NCBI GenBank assembly: GCA_027031495.1
Contig: JALVQA010000014.1
Coordinates: forward strand, 849 to 64,848
Reading direction: 5' to 3'
DNA length: 64,000 bases
DNA from: Candidatus Moraniibacteriota bacterium
Lineage (GTDB): Bacteria; Patescibacteriota; Minisyncoccia; Moranbacterales; GCA-2747515
Position 1 is the first letter of the stretch, and every line of letters starts with the position of its first letter. Made by a program: the position numbers and the translations under genes. Under the pieces are notes generated by a model that did not search any database, was not told the DNA's origin, and was given only the letters and a program-made list of their open reading frames with translations. Positions 19,839 through 29,672 of the stretch are shown here, in pieces.

Positions 19839-20938
19839 TGCAGTGATGTCATTGAAAGTATCGCACTGGCATCCAGTGTGCGGTATGTTTGTGTAAGTGC
19901 TGTATGTGCATCATCTGACATATGCTCATAGCGCAATGCCGCCGCCGCCGCAATCATCGCAGCATTATCAAGGCAATAAGTAAAATCGGGAATAATGTAT
20001 GCTGCATGTGGAATATTTTTTTTGATACTCTCTGCAAGACGCGTACGAAGGCGTGTGTTTGCACTAACGCCACCGGCGAGCGTGATGGTTTTAGTGTTGT
20101 ACTCTTGTGCAGCACGAATAGTTTTTTTGACCAGAACCTCTGTAACAGCTTCCTGAAAAGCGTAACTCATTGCATCAACGAAGTCCTGCGGAAGTGGTGT
20201 ATCCGGTGCGAGCGCGTGATGCGTACAGAAGTCTTTGATGCTGTAGAGGACGGCAGTTTTGATACCGGAGAACGAAAAGTTATAATCCTTGCTATGAAGC
20301 ATTGGACGCGGTAGGTCTGGTGCGACGTCTGCTGTGTTGGTGGGATACTTTGTGCTGTGACGCCGCGCCGCTGTGGCAATTGCCGGACCACCGGGATAGG
20401 GGAGACCGAGCATGCGCGCAACTTTGTCAAACGCCTCGCCGACGGCATCATCAAGGGTTTGCCCGATAATGTTGTACTGAAAGTGGTTATGCATGAGTAC
20501 AAGTTGCGTGTGTCCACCACTCACGACAAGTGCAAGGAGAGGAAATGCGGAGCGCGTGTGTGTTGTAAGCATGTGTGCGTAAATGTGGCCTTCAATGTGA
20601 TGGATGCCGATGAGGGGTTTGTGCCACACCCAACTCAGTGTCTTTGCGGCGCTTACGCCGACGATGAGTGCGGGAATGAGACCGGGTCCATGCGTGACAG
20701 CAATAAGGTCAATAGCGTCGGGTGTCATTGCTGCGGTCGTCATTGCTTCGCGCAGTACCGGAACAATGTTTTTCTCATGCTCACGTGCGGCAAGGTTAGG
20801 TACGACACCGCCGTATTGTGCATGTAGCGCAACTTGCGACGACACAACATTGCTCCGCACGTCAAACGTGCCATTGGCATAATACACCACCGCAGCAGCT
20901 GTTTCATCACAACTTGTCTCGATTGCAAGAATATTCAT
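19835..20938 (-). CDS. tsaD: tRNA N6-threonylcarbamoyltransferase
   Basis: ILAIETSCDET, HHIEGH, VSGGHT, DDAVGEAFDKVAR, DNAAMIA. Confidence 0.98.
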   Translation of the reverse strand: MNILAIETSCDETAAAVVYYANGTFDVRSNVVSSQVALHAQYGGVVPNLAAREHEKNIVPVLREAMTTAAMTPDAIDLIAVTHGPGLIPALIVGVSAAKTLSWVWHKPLIGIHHIEGHIYAHMLTTHTRSAFPLLALVVSGGHTQLVLMHNHFQYNIIGQTLDDAVGEAFDKVARMLGLPYPGGPAIATAARRHSTKYPTNTADVAPDLPRPMLHSKDYNFSFSGIKTAVLYSIKDFCTHHALAPDTPLPQDFVDAMSYAFQEAVTEVLVKKTIRAAQEYNTKTITLAGGVSANTRLRTRLAESIKKNIPHAAYIIPDFTYCLDNAAMIAAAAALRYEHMSDDAHTALTQTYRTLDASAILSMTSLQ

Positions 20939-21130
20939 ACCTTCAGTATGGAATATGGCGTGTAAAAAAGCAAGATTGTTAATAGTGCGCGCTAATCATT
21001 TGCAGTTTGGTCATATACTGTTCAAACTTTTTTAAGAACATACATTTTGGTAGTTGATTCAAAGCAAATATTTGCACGTTCTGTACAAATATTGTTTAAT
21101 AACAATATGTAATACATATCATATCCCCCC

Positions 21131-24100
21131 ATGAGCGAACCCCACTTCCCACAACCACCATCACACACCGATCGTCCGCCACACCTCCTCGGTTCTGACG
21201 GAAAGCCACTTGATAATGCCGATGATGTGCACCTCATTCTACCGGAGAATGTGCGTGATCATGATCACGTACACCTTGTTAACCGTACAGGCACACCTCT
21301 GCGTGAGCAAGGAATTGTTACGACAACAGCGCAACAACAAGAACGTGACGCACTTGTACAGTTGCTGGAAAGTGGCACTGTCCCAGAAGATGTGGCACAG
21401 CGTATTGCGCAGGGCAAGATGACGCTCTCTGCGGCACGGAAAGCACAGGAAGTGTTACGCGAAAGGATTGATGCTATCGAAAGTAATCCTGGACATATTC
21501 CGCGTGAACGTCTCTTTACTGATCAAATGGAGGACATGTTTAGAAGTATTCTCTCTTCTCTTGACAAAGGAAGTGAAGAGTTTAAAGCAATACAATTCTT
21601 TCTTGAAAAATTTTCCGCTGTAACACATGAAACTGTTGATGCACATAAAGATCGTGAGGAGAGCCTCAAAGATCTTGCTACCGCACTTAAGCCGTTTTAT
21701 CTTCCGCAAAATGTTGCTGATCGCCTTGTACGTTTTTTGTTTGATCATACAGATCCCGCCAAAGACGACCGCGCTGCACTGCGCCCATCACTGCGTCAGC
21801 GTGAGATGCTGCATCGCATGCTCTATCATCTTCACACATACCTGCAATGGTATGATTTTACACAATGGAAAGATGCAATGGTGCGCAACTTTTTCTTACC
21901 GGATCCGGCACTGCGAACACGCTACGGTCACTTGCTTTTGACAAAATATGCTGATGCTCTTACGGATGGTGATCGTGAGCGCATGATGCGCTTTCTCGCG
22001 CAACAAGGCGAGTGTGCAACAGATATTGCACAACGTTTACTCACTGCATATCCGCAGGTGCGAGAAACACTCGGCGATACAACAGAAAACCTCACAGACT
22101 ACTACACAAAGCAACCTCTTCCTGCTGACGTTGATAGCATTACGTTACGCCGTGAAATCAAACGCGCACGTAACGAAGCAGATCCCTACAGAGAGATACC
22201 AACCAAAGTTGGTATTGAGTTAGAGTTTAAGATGGCGGGAGAAGATCAAATACAATCAGATGAATTGCGTAATGTATTGCGCAAGTATGAGGATATCCTC
22301 TACGTAAACAGAGGACTCCTCTGGCAAGACCAAGACGTCGCGGAAATCGCCATCGGTGGAGAACATGGTCTCCCGCTTACACGCGAGCTATTGCAAAAGA
22401 TCCGTGCACTGACAGCAGAGATTGAACAACTACCGGCATTTGTCTCATGGGCAACCAACCATATCCATGTTGATGCGCGTAAAGGTGTTACATACAACAA
22501 CAGTCTTTTCGCTTTCAATAACTACGACGAAGATGACAAGGGCTTTGAGACAAAGAACGTGCCCTATGCCTACAATCCTGATGCGCCATATATTTTTGAT
22601 ACACAAACTATCTCTGACCAAATGATTGTCCTGGGACGATTGTATGGGAAAACCATAAATACACTGTCACCAGAGATGTGCACACAGTTCTTTGGTGACC
22701 TTGCTCGCTACGGTAGTGAGCAAGAAGCAACGTTGCGCGCACTCCTTGTAGCTTCCAAGGACGATCCTGCCGTTGTGCCGGCCCTCCTGCGCCTTGCAGA
22801 GAGAAAGAAGTTGCCGCTTCTAAACCTTGCAGCGCTTGCTGAGCGTGTGGATGCTGTTCAGAGTTCCATAACGCTTATGCGATTGATTGCGAGAATGGGT
22901 GATTGGGATGGACAGAAAGCTATTTTTGACAAAATACCTAAAGCAGAACGTACGCATATTGTGGGAGCGTTTCTCAGTGATGAGAGCATCCCGCTTCACG
23001 AACGTCTCATTGTCCACGTCCTTGCCTTTCCAAACAAACCCCTACCCGGTGATCCGGTTGATGTTATGCGAGCAATTGCAGAAATTGATAATTATGAAAT
23101 ACAGGAGACACTTGCTGAAAATATTAATTCACTGCCGGGAACAGTAGATGTTATCCGCGCGATTGCAGAAATAGATGATTATAACTTGCAACTGGACCTC
23201 ATTGACAAAATTACCTCACTGCCGGGAACGGTGGAGATTGTCCGCGCGATTGCAGAGGTGGATGATTATAACGCACGATACATACTCATTGACAAAATTA
23301 CCTCACTGCCGGGAACGGTAGATGTTATCCGCGCGATTGCAGAAATAGATGATTATAGCTTGCAACTGAACCTCATTGACAAAATTACCTCACTGCCGGG
23401 AACGGTGGAGATTGTCCGCGCGATTGCAGAGGTGGATAGTTACGAACTACAAGAAATCCTCGCCCAAAATGTTGAGCCACTACCGGGAACAGTTGCCATT
23501 ATGGCGGCAATTGCAGAAATATATGATTATGAAGCACAAGAGATTCTCGTATCAAAAATACCAGAAACTGAACGCGAAGAAGCTGCGGCAATGTTTTTCA
23601 ACGACACACAATACCCGCTTGTTGAGCGTCTCATCATTCACATGCTCGTATTCCCAGAAGAACAGCTCTCTGGTAATCCAGTAGAAATCATAAGCATAAT
23701 TGCTGACGAAGAAGTTGATTCAGAATTAGGAGAAAGCATTGCTCAAAAAGTTGACACACTACCGGGAACGGTGGAAGTTGTGCGAATGATTGCAAAGATA
23801 AATAACGAATCCATACAAAGAATCCTTATCACGAAAATAGAGAATTTGCATGGAACAGCAGAAATTATACAAGCACTTGCCGATATAACATACTGGCAAT
23901 CTACAGAGCTACTTGTGGAGAAAATTCACTCAGTATCTGGCACTGCAGACACTCTGCGAGCAATTGCACAAATAAGTAGCATTCTGCAAGAAATACTTGT
24001 TGATAAAATTGCCACATTATCTCCTACAACTGAAACTATCAGCAGCATTACATACCTCTCATACTCCGCACAGAAAATTATTTTTGATAAGATAGCATCG

Positions 24101-24373
24101 CAAGAATTTATTGCCGCTGCAAAAGAATTTGTTGACAATGATAACAACCCACTCTATGAACGTCTTGTCGTACAACACTTTGTTTTTCCTGAAAGAACAA
24201 TTGAGGGAACAAAAGAAAACATACAGGCACTCATGGAAGTAGACAACTATTTCATACGACATAATCTCGCTGAAAAAATTACAAAGACACATGATCTGCA
24301 AGAAATTGTCCGTGAAAGTGAATCCTCGCTTGACGCCACTACGCGTTTAATTCTCAAAAACAGAATACATTGA
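21131..24373 (+). CDS. Large hypothetical protein: central amidoligase-like motifs plus C-terminal 29-aa helical repeats
   Basis: 1080-aa ORF; GIELEF (22211-22228), NHIHVD (22457-22474); repeats of SLPGTVxxxRAIAExDxY. Confidence 0.8.
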   Translation: MSEPHFPQPPSHTDRPPHLLGSDGKPLDNADDVHLILPENVRDHDHVHLVNRTGTPLREQGIVTTTAQQQERDALVQLLESGTVPEDVAQRIAQGKMTLSAARKAQEVLRERIDAIESNPGHIPRERLFTDQMEDMFRSILSSLDKGSEEFKAIQFFLEKFSAVTHETVDAHKDREESLKDLATALKPFYLPQNVADRLVRFLFDHTDPAKDDRAALRPSLRQREMLHRMLYHLHTYLQWYDFTQWKDAMVRNFFLPDPALRTRYGHLLLTKYADALTDGDRERMMRFLAQQGECATDIAQRLLTAYPQVRETLGDTTENLTDYYTKQPLPADVDSITLRREIKRARNEADPYREIPTKVGIELEFKMAGEDQIQSDELRNVLRKYEDILYVNRGLLWQDQDVAEIAIGGEHGLPLTRELLQKIRALTAEIEQLPAFVSWATNHIHVDARKGVTYNNSLFAFNNYDEDDKGFETKNVPYAYNPDAPYIFDTQTISDQMIVLGRLYGKTINTLSPEMCTQFFGDLARYGSEQEATLRALLVASKDDPAVVPALLRLAERKKLPLLNLAALAERVDAVQSSITLMRLIARMGDWDGQKAIFDKIPKAERTHIVGAFLSDESIPLHERLIVHVLAFPNKPLPGDPVDVMRAIAEIDNYEIQETLAENINSLPGTVDVIRAIAEIDDYNLQLDLIDKITSLPGTVEIVRAIAEVDDYNARYILIDKITSLPGTVDVIRAIAEIDDYSLQLNLIDKITSLPGTVEIVRAIAEVDSYELQEILAQNVEPLPGTVAIMAAIAEIYDYEAQEILVSKIPETEREEAAAMFFNDTQYPLVERLIIHMLVFPEEQLSGNPVEIISIIADEEVDSELGESIAQKVDTLPGTVEVVRMIAKINNESIQRILITKIENLHGTAEIIQALADITYWQSTELLVEKIHSVSGTADTLRAIAQISSILQEILVDKIATLSPTTETISSITYLSYSAQKIIFDKIASQEFIAAAKEFVDNDNNPLYERLVVQHFVFPERTIEGTKENIQALMEVDNYFIRHNLAEKITKTHDLQEIVRESESSLDATTRLILKNRIH
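23129..23476 (+). repeat. Intragenic 87-bp tandem repeats in A-B-A'-B' order
   Basis: Units start TCACTGCCGGGAAC at 23129, 23216, 23303, 23390; A and A' differ at 3 of 87 nt; B and B' are identical for the first 48 nt. Confidence 0.95.
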
Positions 24374-24499
24374 TAACTGCACGACGGATGAGATCTGGAA
24401 TTAAAAAACATTTGTTAGAACGATAACACACATTATACAAAGACTATTTTTTGGATATATATTTACCTTTACTGCACACATCACGTAATATGCTATATT

Positions 24500-25582
24500 T
24501 TAGTGACAATCCTTATGTGCTTGCATTTGACTACCACGCAAGGCAAGACCAATTGTTGTCATCGCATCGAGTGCATCAGAACGCGACAATGGCGGCAGTG
24601 TATTTTCTGCATAACATGCTCCACGCCACGGATTAACTTCATAGACAGGTAAGCCAATCTCTTCTACAAAGAATGATCGCAATCCTTTTATTGTTGCGCC
24701 TCTACCACCGAAAAGCATAGCCACTTTTTGCTTATATCGTGGGTGTGTATGGAAGAAGAATTTAATACTCTTGCGTATTTCACCAGAGAGTGTATATAGC
24801 TCTGGCATGATCGCTTCAAAGAGAGGATCCTTAATGATATAAGATCCTATACCATCTGCATCTATTACTCGCTGCGCTTCGTGCACACTTATACCAAGAC
24901 TGCGCACAATACCTGTAATAAATGATTGATAGCCAATTGGAATCGTAACAGCGAAAAGAGGAATGCCTTGCGTGACAAAAAATATACGCGTATTTGTGGC
25001 ATCACAGATAACAACAAAGTTGGCACTATTTACATCATGACCAAAGAGCGCACGCACATCGGCAATAACTTCTGGCTCAGCATCATGTACATGCAATCCG
25101 GCACGTTCCACTGCAGTTGTATAACCATCAACAATTTTTTTTGCAGACAGCGCCACAACAATATTACTTGCACCATGAGTAACACACTTTTTACTACCAA
25201 TATAACGCCAGTCATAATATACATCTGCTAACACCAGTGGCGTGCATTTCCCTATTTTTTGTTTCACAACAGCGTCTATGCGCTCCTGTGATGCATATGG
25301 AAGCGTCATATCGCACATCAATACCTTCGTTGTTGGTATTGCATACACCGCATGCGCACCGCGCGCAATCCTGCGTGGCAAAGCGCTACTACATGCTTGG
25401 TAAATAAAAGTACCGAGGCGCTCTACGTCATTTATTACACCATTGGAAACAATGCCTTGTGGAAGCGGTGTATTTCCACTTGCATGAACAACAACTCCCT
25501 TCTTTGTGTGCACAAATTGCATAACACGCACACAATTATCACGAATCAAAACACCGACAAGACTTTTCTTTTTTCTTAGCAT
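24500..25582 (-). CDS. pilM: Type IV pilus assembly protein PilM-like (actin fold)
   Basis: LPQGIVSNGVI, VYYDW, AGL..EPEVIAxVRAL, GGRGATIKGL, TIGLALR; ATG at 25582 preferred. Confidence 0.8.
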   Translation of the reverse strand: MLRKKKSLVGVLIRDNCVRVMQFVHTKKGVVVHASGNTPLPQGIVSNGVINDVERLGTFIYQACSSALPRRIARGAHAVYAIPTTKVLMCDMTLPYASQERIDAVVKQKIGKCTPLVLADVYYDWRYIGSKKCVTHGASNIVVALSAKKIVDGYTTAVERAGLHVHDAEPEVIADVRALFGHDVNSANFVVICDATNTRIFFVTQGIPLFAVTIPIGYQSFITGIVRSLGISVHEAQRVIDADGIGSYIIKDPLFEAIMPELYTLSGEIRKSIKFFFHTHPRYKQKVAMLFGGRGATIKGLRSFFVEEIGLPVYEVNPWRGACYAENTLPPLSRSDALDAMTTIGLALRGSQMQAHKDCH

Positions 25583-25712
25583 TACGCTGTTTTTTTGTTT
25601 TACCTTTTTGTACAACTCTGTAAGTATTGTACCACATATATCATACACACTTTTTGCATTAAAAATCACCATTCGGTGGATGGTGATTTTTATCACACTT
25701 TTTTGATAGATT

Positions 25713-28175
25713 TTAGAGAATCGTCGCTGCACTTACGCGATCGCCACTCTTTGGTTTCATGAGACGTACACCTTGTGTCGCACGGCCAAGTACAGGAATG
25801 GATCCGAGAGAAATGCGAATAATTTGACCATGTTGTGACGTTACAATTAAATCACTCACTTCATCATCAGCGCGCACAACTTCAGCATGAACAATCTTTC
25901 CCGTTTTATTTGTCACAGCGGCTGCTTTGACACCACTGCCACCGCGACCTTGCACTTTAAATGCCGTAACATTTGTGCGCTTTCCAAAGCCGTTTTCTGT
26001 TATTACAAGGAGTGCTGCCTCCTCTACATCTTTTGTACTAATTGTGTCAGTGCCAACAACAACATCACCTTTTGACAACCTTATGCCACGAACACCGGCA
26101 GCCGCACGCCCCATTGCGCGTACATTATCCTCATGGAAACGGATCGCCTGCCCTTTTGCAGTCGTGATCATTACATCATCCTCTCCTGTTGTTGGACGCA
26201 CCCAGCCAAGTGCATCCCCTTTAGCAAGTTTAATGGCAATCAGCCCCGTACGACGCACATTTGCAAAATCTTCAATTGCTACACGCTTTACAGTACCGTT
26301 TTGCGTTACCATCACAAAGAACTTGTACTGATCATCGGCGTTAAATGCAATCATCGCTGTTACTTTTTCGCTTTGTGAAAGCTCAAGAAAATTGACGACA
26401 GCATTACCTTTCGTTGTACGTGCCGACTCTGGTATTTCATGCGCTTGCATTTGAAAAACTTTACCACTTGACGTAAAGAAGAGGAGATTGTCATGTGTCA
26501 TAACACTTGCAACCGTTGCAATCTTATCACCCTCTTTTGTCGTTGCACCAATCACACCCTTGCCACCGCGTCGTTGTGCACGATATTGTGATGGTGATAC
26601 ACGCTTGATATAACCATCAGCACTAATCGTAATAATCGCTTCTTCATTTGGAATAAGGTCCTCTAACGAGAAATTATCTATACCACCATCAATCACACGT
26701 GTTTTTCGCGCATCACCATACTTGTCGCGTATCTCAATCAACTCATCTTTAATGAGGCCGAGAAGCTTTTTACGACTTTTAAGAATTGACTCAAGATATG
26801 CAATAAGTCTCTTTTTTTCTTTAAGCTCATCTTCAATTTTTTTGCGCTCAAGCCCAGCAAGGGTTTGCAAGCGCATTTCAAGAATTGCGGTCGCTTGACG
26901 ATCGGAAAACTTGAACTTCTTGCGCAAGTTTTTATGCGCCGTCTCACGTGTACGTGACTGCTTAATTACTTTGATAACCTCATCAATATGATCAAGCGCC
27001 TTTACAAGTCCTTCAAGGATATGTGCGCGATCTTTCGCCTTTTGTAGGTCAAACTTTGTGCGTCGTGTCACAACCTCTTCACGATGCGCAATGTAATACA
27101 TTAAAATCTCACGCAATGTCAGAATACGTGGCTCTATACCATCAACAAGGGCCAGCATGTTGGCGTTAAAATTTTTCTGCAGATCTGTTGTCTTGTAAAG
27201 TGTGTTGAGAACCTTTTGTGGCTGTGCCTCTTTTTTGAGATCTATAGCGATGCGCACACCGTCTTTATCGGATTCATCGCGCAGATTTTTAATGCCGGTA
27301 ATCTTACCCTCCTTTACGAGATGTGCAATCTTCTCAATCAATGCCGCTTTATTCGTTTGATATGTTACTTCCGAGATAATAATTTGGAATGCGCCAGCAC
27401 GTGTCTCAATGATTTCCGCTGCAGCACGCATTGTTACCTTTCCTTGCCCTGTTGCGTACATCTCGCGAATATCGTTCTTATTGTAAATCACACCACCTGT
27501 CGGAAAATCAGGACCTTTAATAAATTGCATCAATGCATCAACATCTGCATGCGGATTATCAATTAAATGAAGAATTGCATCTACAACCTCATTAAGATTA
27601 TGCGGTGGAATATTTGTTGCCATACCAACAGCAATACCTACCGTGCCATTTAGTATAAGTTGAGGCAATTTCGATGGTAAGACAACCGGCTCTGTATTTG
27701 AGCCATCAAACGTTGGCTTAAAATCAACGGTATCTTTTTCAATATCAACAAGCATCTCTTCAGCAATCGGCTGTAGACGCGCCTCCGTATAGCGGTATGC
27801 AGCAGGACCATCGCCATCCATGGAGCCAAAATTTCCTTGTCCCCACACCAAAGGATAGCGCAATGACCACTCCTGCGCCATGCGCACCATTGAGTCATAA
27901 ACAGCGCTATCACCATGCGGGTGATATTTTCCAAGAACTTCGCCAACCACTGTTGCACTTTTACGAAACTTTGCCGTTGATTTCAATCCTGTCTTCCACA
28001 TGGAGTACAAAATACGCCGATGAACCGGTTTGAGTCCGTCACGTACATCCGGCAATGCACGTGACACGATCACACTCATTGCATAGTCAAGATACGATTG
28101 CTTAAGTTCTTCTGTGATACGACGCGGAATCAACGTTCCCTCCGCAATTTCTTCTGTCTGCTTTTTCATACTCAT
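25713..28175 (-). CDS. gyrA: DNA gyrase subunit A
   Basis: [42 protein letters not shown], GyrA box QRRGGKG. Confidence 0.99.
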   Translation of the reverse strand: MSMKKQTEEIAEGTLIPRRITEELKQSYLDYAMSVIVSRALPDVRDGLKPVHRRILYSMWKTGLKSTAKFRKSATVVGEVLGKYHPHGDSAVYDSMVRMAQEWSLRYPLVWGQGNFGSMDGDGPAAYRYTEARLQPIAEEMLVDIEKDTVDFKPTFDGSNTEPVVLPSKLPQLILNGTVGIAVGMATNIPPHNLNEVVDAILHLIDNPHADVDALMQFIKGPDFPTGGVIYNKNDIREMYATGQGKVTMRAAAEIIETRAGAFQIIISEVTYQTNKAALIEKIAHLVKEGKITGIKNLRDESDKDGVRIAIDLKKEAQPQKVLNTLYKTTDLQKNFNANMLALVDGIEPRILTLREILMYYIAHREEVVTRRTKFDLQKAKDRAHILEGLVKALDHIDEVIKVIKQSRTRETAHKNLRKKFKFSDRQATAILEMRLQTLAGLERKKIEDELKEKKRLIAYLESILKSRKKLLGLIKDELIEIRDKYGDARKTRVIDGGIDNFSLEDLIPNEEAIITISADGYIKRVSPSQYRAQRRGGKGVIGATTKEGDKIATVASVMTHDNLLFFTSSGKVFQMQAHEIPESARTTKGNAVVNFLELSQSEKVTAMIAFNADDQYKFFVMVTQNGTVKRVAIEDFANVRRTGLIAIKLAKGDALGWVRPTTGEDDVMITTAKGQAIRFHEDNVRAMGRAAAGVRGIRLSKGDVVVGTDTISTKDVEEAALLVITENGFGKRTNVTAFKVQGRGGSGVKAAAVTNKTGKIVHAEVVRADDEVSDLIVTSQHGQIIRISLGSIPVLGRATQGVRLMKPKSGDRVSAATIL

Positions 28176-28204
28176 AAATATCACCTTTTTTCCTAGTTCA
28201 TCCT

Positions 28205-28561
28205 CTACTCTTTTACTTTATCTTCACTAACATTGTAATCATCACTCTCTCCAACACCTTGCGCACTATTTTCCTGATCGCTATTAATCTCACCTACTTC
28301 TTCAACTTTATCAAGCGCATTATCGATCGCATCGCCAGAACTGTTGATTGCATCACGAATTTCTTGCATGTGTCCGCCATTATCTGGCAAAACCGACGCA
28401 TTACTCATATCACCAACAATCGCCTGTACATCAACACGAATGGAAAAAATCCATAGCGCAACAACAAATGTCATAATAATCGCAACAAATGCTACTATAT
28501 ACATCATGCGCACACGTTCCGACTTTCCCTGAATTTCTTTAATTTTGTCTTCAATAGCCAT
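28205..28561 (-). CDS. Small single-TM hypothetical protein with acidic C-terminus
   Basis: One hydrophobic helix; co-oriented between the MBL-fold gene and gyrA. Confidence 0.75.
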   Translation of the reverse strand: MAIEDKIKEIQGKSERVRMMYIVAFVAIIMTFVVALWIFSIRVDVQAIVGDMSNASVLPDNGGHMQEIRDAINSSGDAIDNALDKVEEVGEINSDQENSAQGVGESDDYNVSEDKVKE

Positions 28562-28601
28562 TATCGTATCTTTACTTTAATAAATTGTCACCAAATCCGT
28601 A

Positions 28602-29255
28602 TTACGGCGCCATCAACACAACTTTTGTTGCACCATCTTCACAATCTTTTCCCTTAATAACAACCTTTTGAACACGCTCCTTTGGACACGTGCCAATCTT
28701 TTCACAGAAAGCATTCACATTATCAAGATTTTTTGTTGCCTTATATTTAGGAAGAGCCGTATGCACAGGTATGGTATATGCTGGTTCAATCTTTCGCACA
28801 ATGTCAGCCGCCTGATCACCACTAAATACGTTGGCGCCGCCAGCATCAATAATAAGAATATGAGCATCACCTAACTCTTCAAAATGTTGTGCACTTAACG
28901 GTGTATCCACTGCAGATACGACGGCAACTTTAAGCCCCTCTGATTCAATCATATAAATTGTGGCCGGCACACTCATTGCGTTGGAGATTGCTTGCATGCC
29001 GATAATGCGCACACCATACATTGCATACTCTCCCGGCATTGTTACTTTTAGCGCTTGCGTGGTCTTTGCAACATCGGAATAATACACTGGCGTATCTGCC
29101 GATGCTATAATAATGCTAGCACTTGCCAATTGTGGTGGTACAAGATCACCTGTACGCGCGAAAGGATTAATGATAATTGTAACATCTTGCGCGCCACGAC
29201 CACCCGGTTTTGTTGTCAATTTCACACATGACAACCCATAATACTGAATATGCAT
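28602..29255 (-). CDS. MBL-fold (Lactamase_B_3-like) protein with degenerate metal site
   Basis: MHIQYYGLSCVKL, PGEY, IEPAYTIPVH; HxHxDH replaced by ASADTPVY. Confidence 0.75.
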   Translation of the reverse strand: MHIQYYGLSCVKLTTKPGGRGAQDVTIIINPFARTGDLVPPQLASASIIIASADTPVYYSDVAKTTQALKVTMPGEYAMYGVRIIGMQAISNAMSVPATIYMIESEGLKVAVVSAVDTPLSAQHFEELGDAHILIIDAGGANVFSGDQAADIVRKIEPAYTIPVHTALPKYKATKNLDNVNAFCEKIGTCPKERVQKVVIKGKDCEDGATKVVLMAP

Positions 29256-29375
29256 AATCTCTATCTAGAAAATTTCTCACAAAGGAACCAAAACGCCCTA
29301 TTTGAGCGCTTTCTCCAGTTTCATTGTACCATGCGTAAAGCATACTGTCGAGTGAACCAAAATTACTCTTCAGAC

Positions 29376-29400
29376 AAAAAACCGACATGGAAGTCGGTTT
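29376..29400 (-). terminator. Terminator after tRNA pair
   Basis: AAACCGAC-ATGGAA-GTCGGTTT stem with an A run giving a U tail on the minus strand. Confidence 0.75.
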
Positions 29401-29404
29401 CTTC

Positions 29405-29481
29405 TGGTGGGTGTGCCAAGACTTGAACTTGGGACCTCTTCATTATCAGTGAAGTGCTCTAACCGGCTGAGCTACACACCC
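29405..29481 (-). tRNA. tRNA-Ile(GAU)
   Basis: Acceptor GGGTGTG/CACACCC-A-CCA; anticodon arm CTTCA-CTGATAA-TGAAG. Confidence 0.96.
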
Positions 29482-29490
29482 TTTTTATTG

Positions 29491-29563
29491 TGGACCAGAC
29501 AGGACTCGAACCTGCCACCTCCTCAGTGCAAATGAGGTGCTCTACCAGATGAGCTACTGGCCC
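29491..29563 (-). tRNA. tRNA-Ala(UGC)
   Basis: Acceptor GGGCCAG/CTGGTCC with G3:U70; anticodon arm CCTCA-TTTGCAC-TGAGG. Confidence 0.96.
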
Positions 29564-29672
29564 CTGTTATACGGCATGCGTATAACTAACGTCTATGATA
29601 AACGTACCATGAAAAAATGTCAACTCCCTTTCTACTTTTTCATTTGCGGTTTTTCCAAACTTTTTAAAAAAT

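Noticed and set aside
23129-23476. 87-bp repeats as a CRISPR array or DGR template/variable pair
   Set aside because: They are in-frame coding repeats without unique spacers; no cas or reverse transcriptase gene; A and A' differ in both directions (A>G and G>A).
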